32,000 bases of DNA from Idiomarina loihiensis L2TR (GTDB lineage: Bacteria; Pseudomonadota; Gammaproteobacteria; Enterobacterales; Alteromonadaceae): contig NC_006512.1 in NCBI RefSeq assembly GCF_000008465.1, positions 1,380,001 to 1,412,000 of the forward strand. The letters run 5' to 3'. Below are positions 17,909 to 27,014 of the stretch, piece by piece; positions within the stretch are counted from its first letter, which is position 1, and each line of letters begins with the position of its first letter. The position numbers and the translations under genes are program-made. The notes below the pieces were generated by a model. That model had not been told where the DNA came from and did not search any database. It saw only the letters and a list, made by a program, of their open reading frames with translations.

Positions 17909-18854
17909 CTTCTGGAGTGCATGGATAATTGTTTTAACGCTGGCCACCTTAGTGGTATTAATTTGGCTACTGCGCTGGAACATGAAAAATTACACTCACA
18001 TCGAAGAAGGTCAGGAAATGGACCACGAATTCGATGGGATTGTAGAGTTAAACAACCCTCTTCCTAAATGGTGGACCTATTTGTTCTGGGCCTGCTTTGT
18101 ATGGGGCTTTATATATCTGGCTCTATACCCCGGGCTTGGGAACTTCAACGGCTTGCTAGACTGGAAAAGCTCAAACCAGGATGTTCAATCCTTAGAAGAG
18201 TCTCGCCAGGCAATGGAAGAAGCCCATGAAAAAGGGATGATTGTTGAGTATGACCGTGCCGTTCGTGCGGCGGAAGAAAAGTATGGCCCTATTTTTGCGG
18301 CATTTGCAGAGCAGCCAATTGAAGAGCTGGCTAAAAATGAAGATGCGCTAGATGTTGGTCAACGTTTGTTCCTGCAAAACTGTGCGCAGTGTCATGGCTC
18401 GAACGCGATGGGTGGTCAAGGTTTCCCTAACCTGACTGACGACGACTGGCTATATGGTGGTGAACCAAGCAATATAAAAACCACCTTGCGTGAAGGACGC
18501 CAGGGCAATATGCCGGCATTTGGTGAGCAGTTCAGCGATAAAGAAATTAATGAACTAGCAAACTATGTCGCCAGCTTAAGTGGTCGTGAACGTGATGCCG
18601 ATTTAGTCGAAGCCGGCAAAGCAAACTTCGCAGTTTGTAGTGCGTGTCACGGAGCGGATGGTAAAGGTAACCAGCAGCTTGGCGCGCCAAACTTAACTGA
18701 CGATGTCTGGCTTTACGGTGGTTCAATTAATAAAATTGAAGAAACTCTGAAGCATGGTCGTAACGGTGTTATGCCCAAGTGGAAAAACATTCTGGGTGAA
18801 GATAAAATTCACGTTATTTCAGCTTATGTCTACAGCTTATCTAACGACGAATAA
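17901..18854 (+). CDS. ccoP: cbb3-type cytochrome c oxidase subunit III (diheme)
   Basis: The 317-aa product has an N-terminal TM and two heme c motifs, CAQCHG and CSACHG. It overlaps ccoQ by 8 nt. Confidence 0.95.
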   Translation: MSSFWSAWIIVLTLATLVVLIWLLRWNMKNYTHIEEGQEMDHEFDGIVELNNPLPKWWTYLFWACFVWGFIYLALYPGLGNFNGLLDWKSSNQDVQSLEESRQAMEEAHEKGMIVEYDRAVRAAEEKYGPIFAAFAEQPIEELAKNEDALDVGQRLFLQNCAQCHGSNAMGGQGFPNLTDDDWLYGGEPSNIKTTLREGRQGNMPAFGEQFSDKEINELANYVASLSGRERDADLVEAGKANFAVCSACHGADGKGNQQLGAPNLTDDVWLYGGSINKIEETLKHGRNGVMPKWKNILGEDKIHVISAYVYSLSNDE

Positions 18855-18868
18855 AACCTAGTAAACAC

Positions 18869-18892
18869 AGCCCCGCTACGGCGGGGCTTTTT
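18869..18892 (+). terminator. Intrinsic terminator after ccoP
   Basis: Perfect GC-rich 8-bp stem agccccgc/gcggggct with tetraloop tacg, followed by a T-rich tail (CTTTTTG). Confidence 0.8.
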
Positions 18893-18907
18893 GTATGAGG
18901 TCTCATT

Positions 18908-19405
18908 ATGATTCAACCCTGGTATAAGCAGTTCTGGCCATGGTTTCTTATTTCCCTCCCCGTTACTGTCATGATCGTCTGTGGCGTTATTATTTATCTG
19001 TCCGTATCTCAGGGCGGCGTTTCCATGGTGGTTGATGACTACTACAAACGCGGCAAAACCATCAACGCAATTATCGAGCATGTTGAAGAAGCACAACGCC
19101 GTAATATCTCTTTTGAGTTTACTGCTGATAAAGGCCTGTTTACTCTTAAATATGCTTCTGGCCAGCCGGAAGAACTGTCTGCTCTACGAGTGTTTTTTAT
19201 TCACGCTACACAAGATGAAAAAGACTTTACCCGCATGTTGACGGTTGCTTCAGATGGTACCTATCGAGCAGATATTCCTGAAGAGATAGAGGGCAAGTGG
19301 ACCATAACCGTTGAGCCTTTTAATGAAGTCTGGAAAGTAAGCGAAAAATATCAACTACCAAAATCCGAGTTGACTAAACTTCGTCCGTTATTATACGGAG
19401 TTTGA
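18908..19405 (+). CDS. ccoH: FixH/CcoH family cbb3 oxidase assembly protein
   Basis: The 165-aa product has the N-terminus PWYKQFWPWFLISLPVTVMIV...VDDYYKRGKTIN typical of FixH-family proteins. SD GAGG lies upstream, and the gene precedes ccoI. Confidence 0.8.
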   Translation: MIQPWYKQFWPWFLISLPVTVMIVCGVIIYLSVSQGGVSMVVDDYYKRGKTINAIIEHVEEAQRRNISFEFTADKGLFTLKYASGQPEELSALRVFFIHATQDEKDFTRMLTVASDGTYRADIPEEIEGKWTITVEPFNEVWKVSEKYQLPKSELTKLRPLLYGV

Positions 19406-19409
19406 TTGA

Positions 19410-21788
19410 ATGGAATGTTTTCACTGCCTGCAGCCGGTTCCCAAAGGGGTTAATCTTGCTGTTGAGTACAAAGGTTCTGAGAAACCGGTCTGTTGTGCTG
19501 GATGTCAAGCTGTGGCACAAACCATCATTCAGCACAACCTGCACGCTTATTACGAACACAGAGACACATCTCAATTACAGGACTCTCCCGTTCTTCCTGA
19601 AGAATTAAATGATTTAGATCTCTACGACAACCCTGACTTACAAAAAGAGTTTGTAAGGCATGAGGGAGCCGACACCGAGCTGGCAACTCTCACCGTAGAG
19701 AACATTACCTGTGGCGCCTGTGGCTGGCTAATTGAACGTGAGCTATTGCGCCTTAAAGGTATACAAAAAGCGGTGGTTAATGTTACCAGCCGCCGGGTTC
19801 AGGTTAGCTGGTCTCCTGCTCAATTAAAACTAAGCGATATTTTAAGAGTTTTAGCCAATATTGGATACAAGGCTCTGCCATTCCAGCCCAATGAAGCCGA
19901 GCAACAATATGCAAGGCAGCGAAAGAGTTATATCCGTCGATTAGGCGTAGCGGGCATTGCTACTATGCAGGTTATGATGATTGCCTTTGGCCTGTATTTC
20001 GGCGTTGTCAGCGACTTATCACCTGACTTACAACGCTTTCTCTGGAGCGTCAGTCTGGTTTTCGCGACCCCTGTTATTCTTTATAGCGCACAACCTTTTT
20101 ATGCAGGTGCCCTAAGAGCTTTACAGGCATCGCGTTTGAACATGGACATTCCCGTCAGTATCGCCTTATTAGGCGCCTACAGTGCCAGTGTGTACGCGAC
20201 AATAACCAATACGGGTGAGGTTTATTTCGAATCTATATCCATGTTTACTTTCTTCTTGTTGACGGGCCGTTTTTTGGAGTTACTGGCAAAAGAACGAGCA
20301 TTGAAATTTGCCACTAACCGTCTGACCTTACTGCCTAAGCTGGCTAACCGTGAAACTCCCGAGGGCTATGAATCCGTTGCTATTAAATTGCTGGAAACCG
20401 GTGACATTATTCGTGTGAAAGCTGGTGAGACTATTCCTGCAGACGGTGAATTACTGAATAAACAAGCTCAGGTTGATGAAAGCTTGTTGACCGGAGAAAG
20501 CCTGCCCAGATCAAAAAAACTTGGAGACGCGGTTATTGCCGGCAGTATTAATCAACACTCTCCAATACGGATAAAAGTAACAGCAACTGCTCAGCAAACA
20601 GTTTTGGCCGGCATTATTGCAATGCAGGATTCTGCTTTAGCGGTTAAACCCAAGGCACAGCAAGTTATCGATAAACTGGCGGGTTATTTCATTGCTGCAA
20701 TTTTAACCGTTGCAGTTATTACCTATTTCAGCTGGTGGTGGATACAGCCAGATCACGCCCTGTGGGTTACTTTGGCTGTTTTAGTTGCCACCTGCCCTTG
20801 CGCTTTGTCTCTTGCGGCACCGACAGCATTAACTGGCATCATTCATCGACTAAACAGAGATGGTATTTTATTAAAAGGCTCGGATGTCCTTGAGTCCGTT
20901 AAACAACTGAATAAAGTGTGTCTGGATAAAACCGGTACCCTAACGGAAGGAAAGTTTCGGCTGGTTGAGCGAAATGACTACATAGACTCTAACACCGTTG
21001 ATGAACTGATTAGCGGACTGGAGCTTTTTTCCGAACACCCTCTTTCGGTTCCTTTAAGCCAGCTGTCGGACACCCCGGCGTCATTTCAGGATGTCACTAA
21101 CGAGATGGGTTTTGGCCTGCAAGGAGAATTCAACCGTCAGTCATATCGCGCAGGTAGTGAAATTTACATTCAGCAGTGGCATCCGGAGTTTAAAGCGACT
21201 AACAAGCACCAGGTCGTCATTGCCAGTAAAGAACGCATCCTGGCCGAGTTCAGAGTGGAAGATCAAATAAGAGAAGATGCCGCTGAAACCATTAATTGGT
21301 TAAAAAGTAACGGTTATCAACCCATTATTCTAAGCGGAGATAGTGAATCAAGAGTTCAGTCTCTGGCTCATGAACTGGGTATACCTGAATATCACAGTGC
21401 CTTGAAACCAGCAGAAAAGCTTGCTTTTGTCACAGCTCAACAAGAAGCCGGGCATACGGTCTGGATGGTTGGCGATGGCATTAATGACAGCCCGGTTCTG
21501 GCAAAAGCCGACCTTTCAATGACGTTTTCTCAAGCATCTGATTTAGCGCAAACGGCAGCCGATGTTGTGTTGATGTCTGAATCCCTGAATCAAATTAAAG
21601 TGGTAATAGAAAGCGCTCTCAAAACACGCCAGATTATGAAACAGAATTTCATTTGGGCATTGGTGTATAATGTTTCTGTATTACCTGTAGCTGCTATCGG
21701 TATGATTGCTCCCTGGGCAGCAGCACTTGGTATGTCGCTTAGTTCTCTTCTGGTAATAGGAAACTCTCTAAGGTTGTATCGAAAATGA
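19410..21788 (+). CDS. ccoI: Copper-translocating P1B-type ATPase CcoI/FixI
   Basis: The 792-aa product has an N-terminal Cys-rich motif (CFHC...CCAGC), an HMA domain with CGAC, the TM CPC motif (ATCPCAL), the phosphorylation site DKTGTLT and the hinge GDGINDSP. Confidence 0.93.
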   Translation: MECFHCLQPVPKGVNLAVEYKGSEKPVCCAGCQAVAQTIIQHNLHAYYEHRDTSQLQDSPVLPEELNDLDLYDNPDLQKEFVRHEGADTELATLTVENITCGACGWLIERELLRLKGIQKAVVNVTSRRVQVSWSPAQLKLSDILRVLANIGYKALPFQPNEAEQQYARQRKSYIRRLGVAGIATMQVMMIAFGLYFGVVSDLSPDLQRFLWSVSLVFATPVILYSAQPFYAGALRALQASRLNMDIPVSIALLGAYSASVYATITNTGEVYFESISMFTFFLLTGRFLELLAKERALKFATNRLTLLPKLANRETPEGYESVAIKLLETGDIIRVKAGETIPADGELLNKQAQVDESLLTGESLPRSKKLGDAVIAGSINQHSPIRIKVTATAQQTVLAGIIAMQDSALAVKPKAQQVIDKLAGYFIAAILTVAVITYFSWWWIQPDHALWVTLAVLVATCPCALSLAAPTALTGIIHRLNRDGILLKGSDVLESVKQLNKVCLDKTGTLTEGKFRLVERNDYIDSNTVDELISGLELFSEHPLSVPLSQLSDTPASFQDVTNEMGFGLQGEFNRQSYRAGSEIYIQQWHPEFKATNKHQVVIASKERILAEFRVEDQIREDAAETINWLKSNGYQPIILSGDSESRVQSLAHELGIPEYHSALKPAEKLAFVTAQQEAGHTVWMVGDGINDSPVLAKADLSMTFSQASDLAQTAADVVLMSESLNQIKVVIESALKTRQIMKQNFIWALVYNVSVLPVAAIGMIAPWAAALGMSLSSLLVIGNSLRLYRK

Positions 21789-21970
21789 GTGTAATTTACG
21801 CATTAATTCCCATCGCTATAATTTTCGTTATTATCGCTGTTGCGGTCTTTTTCTGGGCGGTACGTTCCGACCAGTTTGAGGACATTGAACGTCAGGGACT
21901 CAATATTCTGATGGACGACGAAGATAACACCAATAACGCTGATGATGAATCCGATAAATCCAAGCGCTGA
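21785..21970 (+). CDS. ccoS: cbb3 oxidase maturation protein CcoS/FixS
   Basis: The 61-aa single-TM peptide (MSVIYALIPIAIIFVIIAVAVFFWAVRSDQFEDIE) overlaps the ccoI stop by 4 nt. Confidence 0.88.
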   Translation: MSVIYALIPIAIIFVIIAVAVFFWAVRSDQFEDIERQGLNILMDDEDNTNNADDESDKSKR

Positions 21971-22610
21971 TTTAGTTACAGCCTTGCTGATGGGGCTGGC
22001 CGGTGCCGGGCATTGCTTAATGATGTGCGGGGGCATTGCCAGTGCCATGGGCATTAATACCCGCCCCTACCATGTCTGGCTGTATAACTTAGGCCGGGTT
22101 TGTTCTTACATGCTTATTGGAGCTTTGGTCGGGGGAGCTATTGGCTTGTTTGCTCCGGAAGGTGGTTATACAACAATCATTCTTCGCTGGTTAGCTGTTG
22201 CTTTTCTCCTCTTGCTCGGACTGTATTTTACCGGATGGTTTTCAGGATTGGTGTATCTGGAAAAGTCAGCACGTCCAATTTGGCAGAAAATACAGCCTCT
22301 GGCCGCAAAACTCAGAAACAAGCCTGGTATTTTTGCCACCTTCTTTGCCGGGGCTTTATGGGGCTGGTTACCCTGCGGCATGGTCTATAGTGCCCTCAGC
22401 TGGGCAGCTTTAAGTGGCTCAGCTAGCGGTGGAGCGCTAACCATGGCTGCTTTTGGTCTGGGAACCTTGCCAGCAATGATAGCCGCCGGACATTTCAGTC
22501 AATTTTTGCACCGCTTTTTACGCGCCCAGGGCGTGCGTACAGCTATGGGTGTTTTGCTCATAATCTATGCTTTATGGAGCATGTTGACCTTAATCAAACC
22601 TTTTTTCTAA
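21942..22610 (+). CDS. DsbD_2/TauE-like polytopic membrane protein associated with cco maturation genes
   Basis: The 222-aa product has about 6 TM segments and conserved Cys motifs GHCLMMCGG and LPCGMVY. The start is uncertain because the ATGATG at 21942 overlaps ccoS by 29 nt. Confidence 0.8.
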   Translation: MMNPINPSADLVTALLMGLAGAGHCLMMCGGIASAMGINTRPYHVWLYNLGRVCSYMLIGALVGGAIGLFAPEGGYTTIILRWLAVAFLLLLGLYFTGWFSGLVYLEKSARPIWQKIQPLAAKLRNKPGIFATFFAGALWGWLPCGMVYSALSWAALSGSASGGALTMAAFGLGTLPAMIAAGHFSQFLHRFLRAQGVRTAMGVLLIIYALWSMLTLIKPFF

Positions 22611-22678
22611 TAAAGCCTGCAAAGCGTTCTGCTTTCGTCTAATCTTAATAATGAACATAGATTAACTACGAGGTCAGT

Positions 22679-23605
22679 ATGGACGCATTCCGTCATATTT
22701 TAGTTGTTATAGACGCTGCAGATGAGCAGCACAAAGCATTAAAACGCGCTTTACATATGGCTAGATTGAGCGATGCCAGATTAACGCTGTTTTTGTCTAT
22801 TTATGACTTTTCTTACGAAATGACAACCATGCTATCCAGTGAGGAACGCGACGTTATGCGTTCAAATCTTATAGCGGACAGAAGAGCCTGGTTAACCGAC
22901 GTATTGAGCGAATTTGATACCGATTCGGTTCGCATTGATATTGATGTGGTCTGGCATAACCGACCTTTTGAAGCCATTATTAAAGAAGCGATAAAACACA
23001 AGCACGACCTTATAATAAAAGGTACTCAGGTCAGTGCCAGCTTCCAGAATTTAATTTTCACACCAACTGACTGGCACTTGTTACGAAAAGCTCCCTGCCC
23101 GGTTTTGCTGGTTAAAGAACATGAGTGGCCAAGCCACGGGCAGATCATTGCTGCCGTTCATACCGGTTCTGAAGAAGAACATCACCAACAGTTAAATAAA
23201 CGTATTATTGAACACGCGCAGTCCATGAGCAAAGTACTGAATGCAAGTGTGCACCTGGTCAATGCTTACCCCAGCGCTCCGGTTAACGTAGCGGTGGAGA
23301 TTCCTGAATTTGATGTCAGCGAATACAGCGATGCACTCGAGCAGCACCACGTGAACCGTATGGCCGCGCTGGGACGTGATTACGGCATTTCCAGCCACTA
23401 CCAGCATTTGTCGCAAGGTTTGCCGGAACAGGTTATTCCCGAAGCAGCAAAACAACTCGATGCGGAATTGGTGGTATTAGGCACCATTGGCCGCACGGGG
23501 TTAAGCGCCGCCTTATTAGGTAACACAGCTGAACACGTACTGGACCAGTTAAATTGTGACGTGCTGGCAATTAAACCAGAAGACTTTGTCAGTCCCCTCG
23601 CTTGA
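22679..23605 (+). CDS. uspE: Universal stress protein E (tandem Usp domains)
   Basis: The 308-aa product has two Usp domains, the second ending in VVLGTIGRTGLSAALLGNTAEHVLDQLNCDVLAIKP. The length and architecture match E. coli UspE. Confidence 0.88.
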   Translation: MDAFRHILVVIDAADEQHKALKRALHMARLSDARLTLFLSIYDFSYEMTTMLSSEERDVMRSNLIADRRAWLTDVLSEFDTDSVRIDIDVVWHNRPFEAIIKEAIKHKHDLIIKGTQVSASFQNLIFTPTDWHLLRKAPCPVLLVKEHEWPSHGQIIAAVHTGSEEEHHQQLNKRIIEHAQSMSKVLNASVHLVNAYPSAPVNVAVEIPEFDVSEYSDALEQHHVNRMAALGRDYGISSHYQHLSQGLPEQVIPEAAKQLDAELVVLGTIGRTGLSAALLGNTAEHVLDQLNCDVLAIKPEDFVSPLA

Positions 23606-23671
23606 GTTTAATGCCTCAGGTATAATCCGGCTCCTCAGAACTTCCAGATGACACAGGTTGCAGGAGCCACT

Positions 23672-24574
23672 ATGGCCAGTGAAAATAAATACAGTTTCAA
23701 CAAGCTACAGAAACGTATTCGTCGCGATGCGGGAAAAGCCATACAAGATTTCGGCATGATTGAAGACGGCGATCATATTATGGTGTGTCTGTCAGGCGGC
23801 AAAGACAGTTACACTTTGCTGGACACCCTTCTCTATCTGCAAAAAGTTGCTCCTGTTCGCTTTTCTCTGGTTGCGGTCAACCTGGATCAAAAGCAACCCG
23901 GGTTTCCGGAGCATGTGCTTCCGGCCTATCTGAATAAGCTTGGTGTTGACTACAAAATTGTTGAAGAAGACACCTACAGCATCGTAAAAGAAAAAATTCC
24001 CGAAGGAAAAACAACCTGTTCGTTATGTTCCCGTCTTAGACGAGGCATTTTGTATCGCACAGCGAAAGAGTTAAAAGCGACTAAAATAGCTCTGGGCCAT
24101 CATCGCGATGACATGATTGAAACCCTTTTTCTGAATATGTTTCACGGTGGCAAGTTAAAGTCTATGCCGCCAAAATTGGCCAGTGACAATGGTGAGCATG
24201 TAGTTATTCGCCCTTTGGCTTATGCCCGTGAAAAGGATATAGAACAATACTCAGCTGCAATGGAGTTTCCTATTATCCCTTGTAACTTATGCGGCTCTCA
24301 GGAAAACCTGCAAAGAAAACAAATAAAGCAAATGCTTAACGGGTGGGACAAACAATTTCCGGGCAGAATTGAAAGCTTATTTACGGCAATGCAAAACGTT
24401 GTACCCTCACATTTGGCCGACAGTGCCCTGTTTGATTTTAAAGCCGTTACCGCAGACGGCGTTGCTGATGAAAATGGCGATAAAGCTTTTGATACTGACA
24501 GCTTTACTACAAACTTTGAAACTGAAGATAGTCCTGTTTTTGCCAGCAATATTCCCATCAAACATTTGGCCTAA
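23672..24574 (+). CDS. ttcA: tRNA 2-thiocytidine(32) synthetase
   Basis: The product has the PP-loop CLSGGKDS, Cys motifs [10 protein letters not shown] and CNLCGSQ, and an N-terminus ([16 protein letters not shown]) like E. coli TtcA. I prefer the ATG at 23672, preceded by SD AGGAG at a 5-nt spacing, over the track start at 23648. Confidence 0.9.
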   Translation: MASENKYSFNKLQKRIRRDAGKAIQDFGMIEDGDHIMVCLSGGKDSYTLLDTLLYLQKVAPVRFSLVAVNLDQKQPGFPEHVLPAYLNKLGVDYKIVEEDTYSIVKEKIPEGKTTCSLCSRLRRGILYRTAKELKATKIALGHHRDDMIETLFLNMFHGGKLKSMPPKLASDNGEHVVIRPLAYAREKDIEQYSAAMEFPIIPCNLCGSQENLQRKQIKQMLNGWDKQFPGRIESLFTAMQNVVPSHLADSALFDFKAVTADGVADENGDKAFDTDSFTTNFETEDSPVFASNIPIKHLA

Positions 24575-24587
24575 ACCAGATACAAAA

Positions 24588-24609
24588 AGAGGCTCTGAAT
24601 TGAGCCTCT
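24588..24609. terminator. Hairpin between convergent ttcA and the bax-like gene
   Basis: 8-bp stem agaggctc/gagcctct with a 6-nt loop. An A-run precedes it, giving a T-run for the - strand; the tail on the + strand is weaker but T-rich. Confidence 0.6.
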
Positions 24610-24643
24610 CTTATGTTTATGCCAATATAATTTCGCTTAAACC

Positions 24644-25489
24644 TTACTCTGGCTGCGGAACTTCCGGCGTATTCAATTCCTCGCTGACTCGTTTCACAAT
24701 GGGTCGATTGATACGAATCATCGCGCGTAATTCATCAATATACTCTTCTCCTCGTTCAGAGTAGCTTGATAAGCCGGTAATTAAATCTCTTGCCAGTATG
24801 TCCTCGTTATCCAGGCGTTTTTGCTCTCGCAGCAAACGTAAATCGAGATAAGCGCCATGAGTATTAATATTGCGCATATAGCTTTTTACGGAAGCGTTAA
24901 CAGAATCAAACTGCGCAACTTCATGGCGCCCATCGTCATCTCTTTGGTTAGGAACTAAGCCGCAACCTTTGGAGTAACACCACTGGCCAAATAAGTTCAG
25001 ACCTTGACGTGAGAATCTGGAAGTTCCCCAGCCTGACTCATTTGCAGCCTGAACCAGCACCATCATTTCTGGAATAATATCAATACGGCGCTTCAACAAA
25101 CCAAATAAATTTTCATCAATCGCAATATCGTCTTCCAGTCGATAATACTCTATCCAATCTGCTATTCGTTTTTTATCCGCTTCGGTCAGTTCATTGCTTT
25201 TAAATCGTTCGTGAATTGCCTTGAGGTATGCTCTGTCATGCAATATTCGTATATTTTCGGCCTCCACCAAAGGCAGTAAAAAGCGAAAGAATTCTTCTTT
25301 CTTTTCTGTAACATCGGTCATCGACATAAAATCTGGTAAGTCTCTTTGAACCGGCACTTCAGGAATTGCCGGTAAATGAGCCGTGACTGACTGTTCAGGT
25401 GTTTCTACCTCGGTATCTTTAATAAGCCAGGGTAAAAGTAATGCCGCTACGCTCAATACAATAAATAGTAATATGGTTAATAATCGCAT
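24644..25489 (-). CDS. Bax-like glucosaminidase-domain protein (N-acetylglucosaminidase fold)
   Basis: The product has the motif VQAANESGWGTSRFSRQGLNLFGQW and an N-terminal membrane anchor MRLLTILLFIVLSVAALLL. I prefer the ATG at 25489, preceded by SD GAGGA and lying 8 nt after the upstream gene's stop, over the track start at 25543. Confidence 0.8.
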   Translation of the reverse strand: MRLLTILLFIVLSVAALLLPWLIKDTEVETPEQSVTAHLPAIPEVPVQRDLPDFMSMTDVTEKKEEFFRFLLPLVEAENIRILHDRAYLKAIHERFKSNELTEADKKRIADWIEYYRLEDDIAIDENLFGLLKRRIDIIPEMMVLVQAANESGWGTSRFSRQGLNLFGQWCYSKGCGLVPNQRDDDGRHEVAQFDSVNASVKSYMRNINTHGAYLDLRLLREQKRLDNEDILARDLITGLSSYSERGEEYIDELRAMIRINRPIVKRVSEELNTPEVPQPE

Positions 25490-25496
25490 GTAGTCC

Positions 25497-26360
25497 TCAA
25501 GCCGAAATATTCTCAGACGAACTGTCTTTTTTGGGTTTCTCAATAACTGTTACGCCAATGACTTCTCTATAGACCACTCCAATAAGGTTACAAATCATCG
25601 GTAACACCCAAATAAGACCTAATCCAAGAGGAATAAAAGCCAACAGCAGTAAACCGAACATAACCAAAAATAACAAAATAAATTTAGGCAGCTTGAAATG
25701 AATAATTTTTATTGAATAGTATAAGGCGTTTAACGGGCCAACTCCTCGCTCGATCACCAGCGGCATTGCTAAGACTAAAATAGCGGTAACATAAAGCTGA
25801 GCAATTATCATAAAATTCGGGTGAATCAAACCAAGTAATTGACCCGCTACTAGTTTTAAAGTTGTACTTACAAGCGCTACAGCAATTAAGGGCATCATTA
25901 CATTAAAACCATTAAAGACATCTCCCACTTTGGTTTTAATGCCGACACTATGCTTTATACCCATTAATATCAGTCCGCCCAACAATGGAGCTATTAAAAC
26001 GGAGCCAAGGATATTGGAGATATATTGAATTTTTATTGACCCCATAATCTCTTCAACTGAGAAGACATTCATCAGAGCCTGTACCATCAGAAATGCAGTA
26101 GCCAATAAAACCAAAAAACCACCAATTAGCGGGGTCAAATTTGATTTGGTAATGTTAAATGCCTGCTCAAAAATTTGCCGCAACGACAGCTGATAGTTTC
26201 CTTTAAGCGATTCAACTAATGAACCACCAATTATTACTTTGTTATCATCCACAGAAATTCCCACACTTTTTTGATCAGTAAGATAAACTAGCGCCCGATA
26301 TACTAGAGTATCCTCTGGTACGATCCAATTTAAATCGACAGAACAATCTGAGGCAGTCAT
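25497..26360 (-). CDS. Multi-pass membrane protein of unknown function with a soluble N-terminal ~90-aa region
   Basis: After an N-terminal hydrophilic region there are 5-6 predicted TM segments ([90 protein letters not shown]). The start is ambiguous: ATG at 26360 or TTG at 26411, and neither has a clear SD. Confidence 0.65.
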   Translation of the reverse strand: MTASDCSVDLNWIVPEDTLVYRALVYLTDQKSVGISVDDNKVIIGGSLVESLKGNYQLSLRQIFEQAFNITKSNLTPLIGGFLVLLATAFLMVQALMNVFSVEEIMGSIKIQYISNILGSVLIAPLLGGLILMGIKHSVGIKTKVGDVFNGFNVMMPLIAVALVSTTLKLVAGQLLGLIHPNFMIIAQLYVTAILVLAMPLVIERGVGPLNALYYSIKIIHFKLPKFILLFLVMFGLLLLAFIPLGLGLIWVLPMICNLIGVVYREVIGVTVIEKPKKDSSSENISA

Positions 26361-26934
26361 GAAATCGCAGACAAAACGACCGGCAAACCCCAAGTTGGTT
26401 TTACTGAACAAGCCTTACGGCGTTTTATCTCAGTTTACCGGAGAAGAAGGCGACCAGACTTTAAAGCCGTTCATTCCCCATAACGACGTTTACCCCGCCG
26501 GACGTCTTGATAAAGACAGCGAAGGGTTGTTGTTGCTAACCAATGACGGCGTTTATCAGGCTCGCCTTGCTAACCCTAAGTACAAAGTCTGGAAAACCTA
26601 TTGGGTGCAGGTAGAAGGTGACCCAAGCGAAGAGCAGTTAGAGCAATTAAGGAACGGTGTCGAGTTAAACGACGGAATGACCCGCCCAGCTGAAGCCTTC
26701 GTTATGCCTGAACCAATGAATTTATGGCCACGAAACCCTCCCGTTCGTGAGCGCAAAAGCGTTCCTGACAGCTGGCTTTGCCTTAAAATTCGCGAAGGCA
26801 AAAACCGCCAGGTTCGCCGTATGACAGCACATGTTGGGTTACCTACCCTTCGCCTGATACGGGCCGCTGTGGGTCCTTTTCAGTTAAAAACAATGCAGCC
26901 CGGCGAATGGCGTTCAGAACCACCAGTTTGGTAA
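26359..26934 (+). CDS. rluE: 23S rRNA pseudouridine synthase E
   Basis: The 191-aa RsuA/RluE-type product lacks an S4 domain. It has the catalytic motif [18 protein letters not shown] and aligns with E. coli RluE (NKPYxVLxQFT..., WPRNPPxRERKSxP, [20 protein letters not shown]). SD GAGG lies 5 nt upstream. Confidence 0.88.
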   Translation: MKSQTKRPANPKLVLLNKPYGVLSQFTGEEGDQTLKPFIPHNDVYPAGRLDKDSEGLLLLTNDGVYQARLANPKYKVWKTYWVQVEGDPSEEQLEQLRNGVELNDGMTRPAEAFVMPEPMNLWPRNPPVRERKSVPDSWLCLKIREGKNRQVRRMTAHVGLPTLRLIRAAVGPFQLKTMQPGEWRSEPPVW

Positions 26935-26964
26935 CTTCCTGAGCTACCCTCGTGCGCGCTAAAA

Positions 26965-26973
26965 TGATAGAAT
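26965..26973 (+). promoter_or_regulatory. Possible extended -10 promoter element upstream of mnmA
   Basis: TGaTAGAAT lies about 40 nt upstream of the mnmA ATG. No convincing -35 element was seen. Confidence 0.25.
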
Positions 26974-27014
26974 GCGCAGCCAATTCAGGAGCTATAGTCA
27001 GTTAGGGTCAACCT

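Noticed and set aside
21803-22413. Alternative-frame ORFs overlapping ccoS and the DsbD_2-type gene (83, 96, 71 and 71 aa)
   Set aside because: The ccoS and DsbD_2 frames give recognisable TM proteins with conserved Cys motifs. The overlapping frames do not.
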